Shown: positions 9,701 through 19,462, numbered from the stretch's first letter. The stretch: 64,000 nt of DNA from a bacterium (GCA_963676395.1 OY781066.1:1312001-1376000); one strand, 5' to 3'. The notes: generated from the letters alone by a model not told the origin. Translations and numbers: made by a program.

Positions 9701-11544
9701 TAGATCTTGAGCTTCAACAAGGAGTTGCTCAAGTAATTATGCCTGAGATTCCTGCCGGGGTTAAGTCGGGAATGGTGCAAATGACTTTGTGGGACGATGA
9801 ACTGAATGTTGCGGTTGCAAAAGAGAATATCTCATTTGGATTGTCTCATATAGAGGCATTGACCTATTATCCGGAACAACCCGGATTATTGGATGACCCG
9901 GTTCGAATTCGAATTGCTATTGACGAGGGAAGTACTGTTGACTCACTGGAACTTCTGGTTTATGGGGAAAGTTCTTTGAATACTTATTCTTCAGTTCTTA
10001 AAACACAAGAAGTTGAGGATGGTTTATATCAAACGGAGAATGATCTGGTTTATAGTGCTAAGGATAAATTTCAACCTTGGATATCAGATACACTCGCATC
10101 TTATATTTACCGTGGTAATTATTTTGCAGTAAAGACTTATTTTAATGGCGATAGTGAAATTTCACAATTTTTTACCTTGAGTCCATGGACTCAGAATTCC
10201 GCTGATATTTCAATTCTTGACTACCAAATTGAAGATGGTAAAAGCAAAATTATTTTGTTAAATCAAGCGGATACATCAAGCTATGTAAAAGTTATAATCA
10301 ATTCACATAATCTTGACCAAGTCATGGTTGATACGGTGTTAACTCATAGTGATGTAGAACAATATTATGAGCCCGGCGTAGACAAGATCAATAGTTTTTA
10401 CTTTGATTTTTTACCACAGTTTGGAGCAGATTCTTTAGAGATATTTATCGAAGCCTTGGATGTTGTTGACTTATTTTCTGTTAACGATACATTGCGGATC
10501 AAAACGGATAACTCATGTTTGAATTTCAATAATGGCGCTTGGCAAAACTTTGATCAGGATACTTGCTATTTAGCTTCAGATCTTTTTAAAGCTTTGGTGG
10601 TAGATAAAAATCACCTTGGCTCTTATACGATAAATGTGAGTAAGGATTTAGATGCAATTGAATTGAATACGTATGGGGCAACACAGAGTAAAACCAATAT
10701 TCTTGATATGCTTTCAAGTGATGAAACAATACAAATATATGGTATTGTTTCTTTAGACAGTCTAGCTGATGATGAGTTTATTGCTTATTATAATGAAGAC
10801 AGTGAAGCTTTTTATAAAGCAACCCAATTTCAACAGGGGGCTCAGCGAATATTTTCAATTCATGAAGCCGGGAAATATCTGATTTCCGGTTCTGTGGATA
10901 ACGAGGCGCCTGAAATTGAGATAAGTATTAATGCGCGAGAAATTCTTGAGCAGGCATATGTTTCCGAGAGATCTGATTTCTCTTTAATTATTAAAGATAA
11001 TTATGGTGTAAATCCCCTTAAAGCGCATAGACAGATTTTGTTAGATGGCGAAGAAATTTCTGAGGATAATGTGATGGTCGTTGAAAGTGGGCATAGAGAG
11101 AATTTAGGTATAAATTTTAAGCTGGATATGGATCCGGGTGAACACACACTTCAAGTTATAGCTCAGGATTTGGTTGGAAATGAAACTGAAAGTGATGAAT
11201 TTGATATCATCTATTTAGGGGAATCTAAATTGATTGATTATGGAAATTTCCCAAACCCTTTTACAACAAGAACGACTTTTATATATGAATTGACTGAACA
11301 ATTCGATGATGTCACAATTAAAATATTTACAATATCCGGGCAGAAAATATTTACCATGTCGTCTACCGAAAATACCAATTCGGATATTCCCTTATACAGT
11401 ATTGGCTATCATGAAGTGGAATGGAGAGGTAAAGACGAATTTGGTAATGCTGTGGCAAATGGGGTATATTTTTATGTGATCGAAGGTCAAATCGACGGTA
11501 AGAAGGTTAAAGAAAAGGGCAAAATAGCAAAACTATGGTTATGA
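6727..11544 (+). CDS. Secreted C25 (gingipain-family) cysteine peptidase, PorU-like, with C-terminal FlgD-Ig/T9SS-type sorting domain
   Basis: Signal-like N-terminus; YVLLVGD, GRLP, NYIGHG (His), SMTC (Cys), LGDPS; C-terminus NFPNPF...IKIFTISGQKI...WRGKD..G..VANGVYFY. Confidence 0.8.
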   Translation: MKMNCGHRYIPICRIAKAILVFTFISVITLFSATMDVDNKNTSLNLSWRLDSADLEAFLNTGSFDNENVTSIYFEGRYYPYYSVILENQSSDIVPRLSVKNSQVVQLPVLSENLDDIPTHAVDNVDVLTFRDHIQVQNIPGIGTLVEIMPLLPLEGGRVKCLNNAEIQIFSASGTLRFANDLNRELSQLSKINLRQELAQDYCVIYFSEPGVYRISGQDLIDKNVDIAGISPDQIKLHRWGREIPCYVSSGNNKGTEIFTETDIVQFYIPELENPYGDYKYNPFSDYDALIMSWGEGNGKRYIQENSDFSDDPNKFTYDMNRKFRSTIHVEENQTVQPLARLHEDELSHLLEHRFYSPSIKVGRSIRYPFEIFDPVNDSPYDVEYRIRMQGLTYSVDDEMDHQIIVKVNNVEAFSDEWEGQQPRISDNEGLQYSHSYLNDGENEFEISVRGFGDDSFLDDQVLLDWFEVSYDRYMIAHNNRLKFSPQHGAGTYMFQVKGLSSPQDIMILKNGTNWIRGYLVNEEDAEGAEKTYTIYFEDQCNGNEEYLVVGPGKEDDISYGVATIDSFRYVNTLENELYNSSDQGDYLIITHKEFYEKSKDLAAHKQSIGYDPAIYELERIYDEYNYGNESPYAIKNFLKDAYYNWSIKPEYVLLVGDVGTKNSVPVIYYQSVGDRGAVIAESWYADLDDDFMLDFSLGRLPISNTEELDSTIKKIKAYDNMVFPRQMNRVVTLTGTGSVFRSQAQDYINTISPDYLQNDRLYLYNSGVSGDFDQGVNSTDSLIEYMNDGILCLNYIGHGSGLTWDNHVLPYEAFDDFVSGKPYIINSMTCFSNTFSNNNAIGEQFIRHPRGGVSIFGSTGYGWINSNHFLLKQVMGNMLYKNMSHGKAMQFALANYFFSSYGKNASFIDELDGVNYVKYFRKALFYQFCILGDPSSTFPLLDREESIVISPNRIGSGETLSISSPDNYTHAYVDIVGAKNNDSKYPLKQKVDLELQQGVAQVIMPEIPAGVKSGMVQMTLWDDELNVAVAKENISFGLSHIEALTYYPEQPGLLDDPVRIRIAIDEGSTVDSLELLVYGESSLNTYSSVLKTQEVEDGLYQTENDLVYSAKDKFQPWISDTLASYIYRGNYFAVKTYFNGDSEISQFFTLSPWTQNSADISILDYQIEDGKSKIILLNQADTSSYVKVIINSHNLDQVMVDTVLTHSDVEQYYEPGVDKINSFYFDFLPQFGADSLEIFIEALDVVDLFSVNDTLRIKTDNSCLNFNNGAWQNFDQDTCYLASDLFKALVVDKNHLGSYTINVSKDLDAIELNTYGATQSKTNILDMLSSDETIQIYGIVSLDSLADDEFIAYYNEDSEAFYKATQFQQGAQRIFSIHEAGKYLISGSVDNEAPEIEISINAREILEQAYVSERSDFSLIIKDNYGVNPLKAHRQILLDGEEISEDNVMVVESGHRENLGINFKLDMDPGEHTLQVIAQDLVGNETESDEFDIIYLGESKLIDYGNFPNPFTTRTTFIYELTEQFDDVTIKIFTISGQKIFTMSSTENTNSDIPLYSIGYHEVEWRGKDEFGNAVANGVYFYVIEGQIDGKKVKEKGKIAKLWL

Positions 11545-12587
11545 TGAAAAAAAGCAGTAAAAGATTATTTTTTATAATATTACTTTGTTTGTTTGCCGGA
11601 AAAGGTTTTGCCGCTTACGGATATTATGCGGATGCATTTATTATTGCAGGGAGATCGGCACAATCTATTGCGATGGGGGGAACGGGATTAACCTCGCTTG
11701 ATGGTGCAATTGCTTTATTTTCTAATCCTGCCGGACTGGCAAGTAATGAACGCTCTGAGTTATACACTCAGTTCAATAATCTTTATGGTTTGGCATTTCA
11801 AAATTCTGTTGCTTATGCCAGTAAATTTGGAAAATACAAAGTGGGTATTGCACTAAATACTGTTGGAGCACAATTAAATTATCGGGATGATATAGTAGGT
11901 GAAATTCCAAACATTAATGATCGCCGGGAATATATTCGTAATTTTTTGGCTTTGGATACATTCAACGATCTTGAAAATGCCTTACTATTGTCTTTTGCCG
12001 GGAATGTTCCTCTTGATGTTAAAATAGGTTGGTCTTACGAAAGGATCAAATTAAGACTTCAATATGGCTTAAGTGCAAAGATGATATATAAGAATTTGGC
12101 AAATGAGAGCGCTATTGGTGGCGGTTTGGATGGTGGCTTAAGATTGTATGTACCTGGTGAGGATATTTTTAATATCAGGAATATGGGTGATGTGGTAATT
12201 GCTTTGAATTTGGAAAACATTATTCAATCACCTGTTATTTGGTTTAATGGACAATGGGCAGATCAAGGGAATATGCGTATTAATGCTGCATTTGCTTTGC
12301 ATCAACCTATTAAATCACTTTCCAGTGAACTTCGTTTCTCTATTGAAGGTTATGTATTTGAAAATCAATTTTTACCTAATTATGGTACCCGTTTAGGTAT
12401 GCAATGGCGTTTAAAGGATAAAATTGATATTAGAGTGGGTAAAGATCTAAGCAGTATAAGTGGCGGTCTAGGTGTTTTTTTACCGATACCGGGAGGTATG
12501 TTAAAATTGGATTATGCCATACAATATCATGAAATTAATTGGAGCCATTTGCTATCGTTGCTTTATGTTTGGGGGAATGATAAATGA
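11541..12587 (+). CDS. PorV/PorQ-like (FadL-family) outer-membrane beta-barrel
   Basis: Signal peptide, SAQSIAMGG...NPAGLA N-terminal motif, C-terminal amphipathic strands; ATGA-coupled to the C25 gene. Confidence 0.7.
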   Translation: MMKKSSKRLFFIILLCLFAGKGFAAYGYYADAFIIAGRSAQSIAMGGTGLTSLDGAIALFSNPAGLASNERSELYTQFNNLYGLAFQNSVAYASKFGKYKVGIALNTVGAQLNYRDDIVGEIPNINDRREYIRNFLALDTFNDLENALLLSFAGNVPLDVKIGWSYERIKLRLQYGLSAKMIYKNLANESAIGGGLDGGLRLYVPGEDIFNIRNMGDVVIALNLENIIQSPVIWFNGQWADQGNMRINAAFALHQPIKSLSSELRFSIEGYVFENQFLPNYGTRLGMQWRLKDKIDIRVGKDLSSISGGLGVFLPIPGGMLKLDYAIQYHEINWSHLLSLLYVWGNDK

Positions 12588-13375
12588 AAAAACTAGTTAT
12601 ATTTATTTTTACTGTTTTGGTGGTGTTTTCATGTTTTGAGCAACCGGAAATAAGCACGCCAATGTTTGTTAGTAAATCTTCACCTGACAGTTTAATTGAA
12701 AAGGGTATTGACGCCAATATTGATAATTCCATCTATTTAGAATGGAATGAGCCGGCATCTGCTTCGCTTGAAGGGATAAACGGATATCATTTATATCGTG
12801 GGATATTGGTCGATGAAGAATATGCTTTTGAAAAGATTGCTACAATAGAGCGGGAAAATGGTGTGATATTTAAGAGTGATGAATATACCGATTATGAAGT
12901 TAGTCTTGATACAACCTATTATTACTATTTGAGATCATATAATGATTTTACTATATCTAATAAAACATCGGATACCGCACAATATAAACTTGTTGTATCG
13001 GCAAGCTTAAGGCAACCCACCGGAGATGTTAATGATTCAATTCCTCAATTTGAGTTTTTAGTCCCTCGGTTTGCTATTGATAATATTTCACATTTTTATT
13101 TGCGGTTGGAGTATCTGGAAAATACTGGATATCAAAGTAAATTTTTTGTAAAGCTGCACCGCTTTAATTATGCTCAAGAACAATTTTTTATTAATTTAAA
13201 TTCACTTAATCAACATTGCATTGTATTATATGATGATGTTTGGACTCACGATGGCAGACGGTATCTTGAAAAGGGAGATTATCGTTGGAAAATTGATGCC
13301 ATCTCCAGTAGACTTGGGGGGCTTGGGGAAGTCGAAGGCTCCGAAAGCGATTGGATGGAGTTTACAATAAAATAA
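12584..13375 (+). CDS. Hypothetical lipoprotein with fibronectin-III-like domain
   Basis: Lipobox VVFS-C; LEWNEP...GYHLYR...YYYYLRSYN pattern. Confidence 0.6.
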   Translation: MKKLVIFIFTVLVVFSCFEQPEISTPMFVSKSSPDSLIEKGIDANIDNSIYLEWNEPASASLEGINGYHLYRGILVDEEYAFEKIATIERENGVIFKSDEYTDYEVSLDTTYYYYLRSYNDFTISNKTSDTAQYKLVVSASLRQPTGDVNDSIPQFEFLVPRFAIDNISHFYLRLEYLENTGYQSKFFVKLHRFNYAQEQFFINLNSLNQHCIVLYDDVWTHDGRRYLEKGDYRWKIDAISSRLGGLGEVEGSESDWMEFTIK

Positions 13376-13388
13376 GGAGCAAAAATAT

Positions 13389-13862
13389 ATGAAGAAAATA
13401 TTAATTCCTATGTTATTACTGGGGCTAAATTTATTTGCATTTGCACAAGATGCCAATGTTTCAATGGCAGGGGGGTTTAGAAATGACAATGAATTTATTT
13501 ACTCAGTGAAGGTGTGGGGAGAAGTAGCTAAACCCAATGTATATGAAGTACCTATTGAGTATGATATGCTTGGTATTTTGTCAATTGCCGGCGGTCCTTT
13601 AAATAGCGCTAAATTATCAAGTGTTAAAGTTATACGCGCTCAAAGGCTGAATGATGAAGAACCAATTGTAGTTTATGTTGATCTCGAAAGGTATATTGAA
13701 ACCGGTGACGAGAGTCTGATCCCTGAAATTCGCGAAGGCGATATTATCATGGTACCTCCAAAATTTGGTAAAGATTTCATTCGTAATTTTGCATCTATTC
13801 TTGCTATAGCGCAATCAATTACTATCATGGCTTATTATGTTGACAATATTATGGATAAATAA
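13389..13862 (+). CDS. SLBB-domain (Wza-like) exported protein
   Basis: Signal peptide; VWGEVAKP...SIAGG...VKVIR...GDIIMVP; C-terminal hydrophobic helix; AAGGAG RBS. Confidence 0.7.
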   Translation: MKKILIPMLLLGLNLFAFAQDANVSMAGGFRNDNEFIYSVKVWGEVAKPNVYEVPIEYDMLGILSIAGGPLNSAKLSSVKVIRAQRLNDEEPIVVYVDLERYIETGDESLIPEIREGDIIMVPPKFGKDFIRNFASILAIAQSITIMAYYVDNIMDK

Positions 13863-15266
13863 ATGGATTATAAAGTAAAAGACATTACACTTGCTGCCTT
13901 TGGGCATAAGGAAATACATTTAGCTGAAAGTGAAATGCCGGGTTTAATGGCATTGCAAGAAAAGTATAAGGATCAGCAACCTTTAAAAGGAGCAAAGATC
14001 ACAGGTAGTTTGCATATGACTATTCAAACAGCTGTTTTGATCAAAACTTTACTTAAGTTGGGTGCAGAGGTTCGCTGGGCAAGTTGTAATATTTATTCAA
14101 CACAAGATCATGCAGCAGCAGCGATCGCCGATTTGGGTGTTCCGGTATTTGCCTGGAAGGGCGAAACCTTGGAAGATTATTGGTGGTGCACAAAAAAAGC
14201 GCTTTTACATGGTGAGATCGGACCTGATGTGATGGTTGATGATGGCGGAGATGCCACATTAATGATTCATGAGGGTGTAAGATTAGAAAAGCTTTATGCT
14301 GAAACAGGTGAAAAGCCGATTGTAGATTCCGATAACAAAGAAATGCGTATTGTTCAAGCTTTAGTTTTGGAAGAACTTGAAGCTTTTCCAACGCGTTGGC
14401 AAAAGATTGCTCAAAACTTAAAAGGTGTAAGTGAAGAGACGACAACAGGTGTTGCTCGATTATACCAAATGATGGAAAAGGGTGAGTTGCTTTTTCCGGC
14501 CATTAATGTGAATGATTCTGTTACAAAGTCGAAGTTTGATAATCTCTATGGTTGTCGAGAATCTCTTGCGGATGGTATCAAGCGTGGTACTGATGTGATG
14601 GTTGCCGGTAAAACGGTTGTTGTTTGTGGTTATGGTGATGTTGGCAAAGGTTGCGCCCAATCTATGCGTGGTATTGGAGCACGCGTGATTATAACTGAAA
14701 TTGACCCTATTTGTGCTCTGCAGGCTGCAATGGAAGGGTTTGAGGTTAATCGTATGGATGATCTTGCCGAAAAAGGGGATATCTTTGTCACGGCTACAGG
14801 TAATTGTGATGTAATTACCACAGATCACATGAAGAAAATGAAAGATAAGGCTATCGTGTGTAATATAGGTCACTTTGATAATGAGATCCAGGTTGACGAT
14901 CTTTATGCCTTGCCGGGTGTAGAAAAAATCAATATTAAACCTCAAGTTGATGAGATAATGTTTCCGGATGGGCACTCAATTATTCTTTTATCCGAAGGAC
15001 GCTTGGTAAATCTTGGAAATGCAACCGGTCATCCCTCTTTTGTAATGAGCAATTCATTTTCAAATCAGGTGCTTGCTCAAATTGAGTTATGGCAGAACAA
15101 ACACGAACTGGGTGTTTATACCTTGCCTAAGCATCTTGATGAAGAAGTTGCACGTATGCATTTGCAACGTTTGGGTGTGAAGTTGACCGAATTGACAGAT
15201 AAACAATCAAAATACGTCGGCATCTCAAAAGACGGTCCATATAAACCTGATCAGTATAGATATTAA
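13863..15266 (+). CDS. ahcY: Adenosylhomocysteinase
   Basis: [50 protein letters not shown], terminal YRY. Confidence 0.98.
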   Translation: MDYKVKDITLAAFGHKEIHLAESEMPGLMALQEKYKDQQPLKGAKITGSLHMTIQTAVLIKTLLKLGAEVRWASCNIYSTQDHAAAAIADLGVPVFAWKGETLEDYWWCTKKALLHGEIGPDVMVDDGGDATLMIHEGVRLEKLYAETGEKPIVDSDNKEMRIVQALVLEELEAFPTRWQKIAQNLKGVSEETTTGVARLYQMMEKGELLFPAINVNDSVTKSKFDNLYGCRESLADGIKRGTDVMVAGKTVVVCGYGDVGKGCAQSMRGIGARVIITEIDPICALQAAMEGFEVNRMDDLAEKGDIFVTATGNCDVITTDHMKKMKDKAIVCNIGHFDNEIQVDDLYALPGVEKINIKPQVDEIMFPDGHSIILLSEGRLVNLGNATGHPSFVMSNSFSNQVLAQIELWQNKHELGVYTLPKHLDEEVARMHLQRLGVKLTELTDKQSKYVGISKDGPYKPDQYRY

Positions 15267-15274
15267 TAGTGCTT

Positions 15275-15296
15275 GAATGTGATCTGTATCACAATT
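15275..15296. promoter_or_regulatory. CRP/FNR-family-like palindromic site upstream of pcrA
   Basis: GAATGTGATCTGTATCACAATT: perfect TGTGA-N6-TCACA core, 18/22 identity to the E. coli CRP consensus AAATGTGATCTAGATCACATTT. Confidence 0.5.
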
Positions 15297-15303
15297 TTAT
15301 AAT

Positions 15304-15330
15304 AAAAGGAGAAAACAGTTCTCCTTTTTT
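15304..15330 (+). terminator. Intrinsic terminator after ahcY
   Basis: AAAAGGAGAA-aacag-TTCTCCTTTT followed by TT. Confidence 0.7.
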
Positions 15331-15368
15331 CATTTATACCCTATTTTTCGCAGTAAATGAGGATTGAT

Positions 15369-17573
15369 ATGACACAGATACTTTTAGGATTAAATGACAA
15401 ACAGCGAGAAGCTGTTATGGCGACAGATGGACCGCTTTTGGTATTTGCCGGAGCCGGCTCGGGTAAAACACGTGTGTTAACACGGAAAATCGCATATTTG
15501 CTTGAACAACAAAAAACCGTTCCCCATCGTATTCTTGCCGTGACTTTTACAAATAAGGCCGCTCGTGAAATGCAAGCCCGCGTTGGCTCTTTGTTAGGTG
15601 AGGGGAATTCGGTTAATATTGGCACTTTTCATAGTATCGGTGCAAGAATATTACGTTCTGAGCGTGGTGCTGAAAATTATTCACCGGATTTCACTATTTA
15701 CGATACATCAGATATTAAAAAAGTAATTAATGAATGCTTGAAAGAATTGAGCATAGACCCAAAAATGATCGCCCCATCAGCTATCATGAGTTTTATTTCA
15801 TCTCAGAAACAACTTTTATTATCTCCGCAAGAATCATATGACAAGGCAGGTAATGAATATATGCCGGAAAAACTGGCATCAATCTATATTGAATATGATA
15901 AAAGAATGCGCACGAATAACGCATATGATTTTGATGATTTACTGATGCGCCCGATACAAATGTTTCGTGATTATCCTCAGATTGCCGAAAAATACCGTCA
16001 TCGTTGGGACTATATTTTAGTTGATGAATATCAAGATACAAACCATGTTCAATTTCAAATGGTTAAGTTGTTTTCTGAAGTCAGTCAAAACATTTGCGTA
16101 GTGGGAGATGATGACCAATCCATTTATGGGTGGCGAGGAGCAGATATCAACAATATTTTAGATTTTGAAAAAACCTTTCCCAACGCAAGAACGATTAAGC
16201 TTGAGCAAAACTATCGATCTACCAAGAATATTATCAAAGCTGCATCGGCAATGATAAAAAGTAATTCAAAGCGTGCCGATAAGGATTTGTGGACAGCAGC
16301 CGGCGATGGAGATTTAATCTTGCATAAAGAGTTGGATCGTGATTATAAAGAAGCCGATTATATCGCAAAAACAATCACATTTTCTAACAAACCTTTACGA
16401 AATTTTGCAATCCTTTATCGTACGAATGCACAGTCACGTATGCTGGAAGAGGCGTTAAGGAACAGAAGCATACGCTATGTTTTGGTTGGTGGTGTAAAGT
16501 TTTATGAACGTAAGGAGATCAAAGATATTCTTGCCTATTTAAATGTTTTGGTAAATGATCATGATGTTGTAAATCTTAAAAGAGCAATTAATACACCACG
16601 GCGAGGTATTGGTGATACGACAATAGCCAAGATTGAAACATTTGCTATGGAAACTCACCGCACTTTATGGGAAGCTTTGCAATATCCACAAGATGCGGGT
16701 GTAGCTTCTGCCGGTTCCTTGCGTGTAAATAAATTTATGAATATGATGACAGACCTTAAAAGTAAAATACACGATATGCTGCCATCGGAATTTGTAATGG
16801 GATTACTTGAACAAAGTGAACTTTTGTTTGAGTATCGCGATAAAAAAGATCCTGAACTTCAGGAACGCTATGAAAACCAAAATGAATTTCTGAATGGCGT
16901 GAAAATGTTCGAGAATTTTAATCCTGATGCCGGGATCGAGGATTTTTTGCAAGAAGTTTCCTTGCAAACAGATATTGATTCATGGGAAGATACCGGAGAT
17001 GCTGTGACGATGATGACGATTCATTCGGCAAAAGGACTTGAGTTTAAACATGTGTTTATTGCCGGTATGGAAGAGGGACTGTTCCCTCTTGAAAGAACAC
17101 GATTAAATCCACAGGAAATGGAAGAAGAGCGTCGTCTTTTTTACGTAGCAATCACCCGCGCGATGGAAAATTTAACAATTACCTCTTCGCTTTCAAGAAT
17201 GAAGTATGGAACCATCATGGGTGCTACACCCTCTCAATTTATTTCTGAGATACCTAAAGAATATATTCAACAACAGTTAATGAGGGGATCTCGTAAAAAC
17301 GAAAAGCCTGTTTCAAGTGGAATGTCATCGCAATTCCGTCGTCCTGCAGCAACTCCCGCGATACGTAAAAAAAGCGAAAGAGGTGAATTGCCAATTAGCC
17401 CGGTACGTTCTCCAAAGCCCGGGTCTGTAAAAGTCGGGGACAGAGTAGTTCATAAGATGTTTGGCAAAGGAAAGGTAAGATCGGTGATTCGTTCTTCGCA
17501 AACCTTGTTAAAAATTGATTTTGATAATGGCGTTCATAAAACGATTGCAGAAAAATTTGTTGAGAAAGTATGA
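15369..17573 (+). CDS. pcrA: ATP-dependent DNA helicase PcrA/UvrD
   Basis: AGAGSGKT, TFTNKAA, VDEYQDTN, QNYRST, TIHSAKGLEF, EERRLFYVAITRA; start chosen after GAGGA RBS (alternative start 15357). Confidence 0.95.
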   Translation: MTQILLGLNDKQREAVMATDGPLLVFAGAGSGKTRVLTRKIAYLLEQQKTVPHRILAVTFTNKAAREMQARVGSLLGEGNSVNIGTFHSIGARILRSERGAENYSPDFTIYDTSDIKKVINECLKELSIDPKMIAPSAIMSFISSQKQLLLSPQESYDKAGNEYMPEKLASIYIEYDKRMRTNNAYDFDDLLMRPIQMFRDYPQIAEKYRHRWDYILVDEYQDTNHVQFQMVKLFSEVSQNICVVGDDDQSIYGWRGADINNILDFEKTFPNARTIKLEQNYRSTKNIIKAASAMIKSNSKRADKDLWTAAGDGDLILHKELDRDYKEADYIAKTITFSNKPLRNFAILYRTNAQSRMLEEALRNRSIRYVLVGGVKFYERKEIKDILAYLNVLVNDHDVVNLKRAINTPRRGIGDTTIAKIETFAMETHRTLWEALQYPQDAGVASAGSLRVNKFMNMMTDLKSKIHDMLPSEFVMGLLEQSELLFEYRDKKDPELQERYENQNEFLNGVKMFENFNPDAGIEDFLQEVSLQTDIDSWEDTGDAVTMMTIHSAKGLEFKHVFIAGMEEGLFPLERTRLNPQEMEEERRLFYVAITRAMENLTITSSLSRMKYGTIMGATPSQFISEIPKEYIQQQLMRGSRKNEKPVSSGMSSQFRRPAATPAIRKKSERGELPISPVRSPKPGSVKVGDRVVHKMFGKGKVRSVIRSSQTLLKIDFDNGVHKTIAEKFVEKV

Positions 17574-18241
17574 AAAATATAGATTTGATCATTTACGATT
17601 TCGATGGTACTCTTTGCAATACTTTGCCTGATATTGTCAATAGCATGAATGCCGTATTGCAACTAAATGGCTATAATACCATAGCATATGAAAAAGTACG
17701 TTCATTTATTGGAAGTGGTATCTCAAAGCTTGTTGAACGCTCAGTATATTGTGCTTTGACCGGAGATAATCATAAACCGGTAAATTCTGAAACTCTGATA
17801 AAAGTCACACATGAGATGTCGGAATATTATTCTCAACATTTAATGGATGATTCACATTTATATGAAGGTTGTGAGGATGTGCTTGAGTATTTTAAAGATG
17901 TACCACAAATTATTGTATCCAATAAACCGCTGAAAATGATAGAAGCTATGGTTAAACAGTATGGTATTGATCATTATTTTGATCTTATTGTAGGTGGAGA
18001 TACCCTGGATGTATGCAAGCCTGATCCTGCTGTGTGGGAACTCGTAAAAGAAAAAATGTCTTTACCGCAAGATCCTCAAGGATTTATGGTTGGAGACTCA
18101 GTGCCTGATCTTGCTTTCGCCAAAGTCACGGGTTTAACAGGCGTTGCTTGTACCTATGGCTTTAATGATCTACCGGTTCTAAAGAAAGAAGGTGCTGATC
18201 ATTTTATTGGGGTACTGTCAGAATTAAAAAATTTGATATAA
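17570..18241 (+). CDS. HAD-superfamily phosphatase (phosphoglycolate phosphatase-like)
   Basis: DFDGTL motif I, SNK, KPDP, MVGDS..D. Confidence 0.85.
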   Translation: MKNIDLIIYDFDGTLCNTLPDIVNSMNAVLQLNGYNTIAYEKVRSFIGSGISKLVERSVYCALTGDNHKPVNSETLIKVTHEMSEYYSQHLMDDSHLYEGCEDVLEYFKDVPQIIVSNKPLKMIEAMVKQYGIDHYFDLIVGGDTLDVCKPDPAVWELVKEKMSLPQDPQGFMVGDSVPDLAFAKVTGLTGVACTYGFNDLPVLKKEGADHFIGVLSELKNLI

Positions 18242-18284
18242 TTAAATAAATTTATATTCTGGTTTCTATTTCGTGGGGGCGAAA

Positions 18285-19247
18285 ATGAAGAAGATATTCT
18301 TGTTTTTACTTATCTCATTTAGTTTTGCTACAGATATTTCTCTAATGTTTTGGAATGTTGAGAATCTTTTTGATCAAATAAATGATCCGATTAAAAAAGA
18401 TGATGATTTTCTTCCCGCTGGAAGCAAGCGTTATACTTGGCGGTCTTTTCGCTTGAAAGTTGAACATCTTGCTGATGTTATAAACAGAGTTAATCCTGAT
18501 TGTTTGGCAATGGTGGAGGTTGAAAATAGATTTGTACTGGATGTTTTATGTAAAGAGTTAAAACATACAGACGATTGGGAAATTATTATTGATGATGGCC
18601 CTGATCTCAGGGGGATAGATCCTGCATTGATCTATAGAAAAGACAAGTTCATTTATTGTGGGCATTGCTATTATCCGGTGTATTTTCCTGAGCGAGATTA
18701 TCATAGTCGATCCATTATGCGCGTTGATCTTTGTGAAAAACAAAGTAGTGATACACTCTGTGTTTTTATTAATCACTGGCCTTCCAGAAGAGGAGGCAAA
18801 CAGCGCTCTGATCCATACCGAGAGTATGCCTCAGAGATTATGCTAGATGCTTTAAATGCAACACTTAACGATCATTCAAATTATGCGATAGTCATAACAG
18901 GTGATTTTAACGATGATAGGTTTGATTCATGTTTGAAAGCTCTAGAAAGTGATCCCTTAATATCTTACTTGAATAAAAAAATGCCTAACAAAATCAAAGG
19001 CACCTACTATCATCAAGGAGAGTGGATTCATTTTGATCATTTTTTAACAGCGAATTTTGCGAATAGTCATTTAAATATATCAAGTGCTGAAATCTTTGCT
19101 CCACACTGGATAAGAGAAAAGCCGGGGCAGGGGCCATTACGTTTTTATAAAGGCATCAAGACTGCGGGAGGTTATTCGGACCATTATCCGATCATTCTAA
19201 CAATAGCGATTAAAAATCATGGTTTTAATCGCCATATAAGCAGATAA
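18285..19247 (+). CDS. Secreted endonuclease/exonuclease/phosphatase-family protein
   Basis: Signal peptide; WNVENLFD, NHWPSRRGG, GDFND, SDHYP. Confidence 0.85.
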   Translation: MKKIFLFLLISFSFATDISLMFWNVENLFDQINDPIKKDDDFLPAGSKRYTWRSFRLKVEHLADVINRVNPDCLAMVEVENRFVLDVLCKELKHTDDWEIIIDDGPDLRGIDPALIYRKDKFIYCGHCYYPVYFPERDYHSRSIMRVDLCEKQSSDTLCVFINHWPSRRGGKQRSDPYREYASEIMLDALNATLNDHSNYAIVITGDFNDDRFDSCLKALESDPLISYLNKKMPNKIKGTYYHQGEWIHFDHFLTANFANSHLNISSAEIFAPHWIREKPGQGPLRFYKGIKTAGGYSDHYPIILTIAIKNHGFNRHISR

Positions 19248-19462
19248 ATTCGGAAATAAATGGGTTCATTGTAATAATAAGAAAAACAACAAGTCGTCCC
19301 GAGTTTTAGCTTTGGGAGATATATTGGCTATTAATCTCATGCCAGTAATGTTGAGTATATTAGATGTTGGAAAATTTATCTAAAAAACATCTCTTCAAAA
19401 CATGAAAACAGTTGAATAAATCCCTTATGAATGCTAAATTTCTCAGCATTAACGGGGTGCTG

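Noticed and set aside
14053..14975. Antisense ORFs over ahcY (and similar ones over ftsH, sprA, mutS2, priA, trpB and the LVIVD genes)
   Set aside because: Shadow frames of well-conserved genes, with no RBS or motif support.
16847..16864. AGATCCTGAACTTCAGGA inside pcrA, resembling a minimal GIY-YIG repeat stem
   Set aside because: Encodes DPELQE in frame, lacks the GTCAT tag and inner hairpin; likely chance.
19294..19319. Weak palindrome TCGTCCCGAGTTTTAGCTTTGGGAGA
   Set aside because: Single copy with several G-T pairs; cannot tell a decayed repeat from chance.
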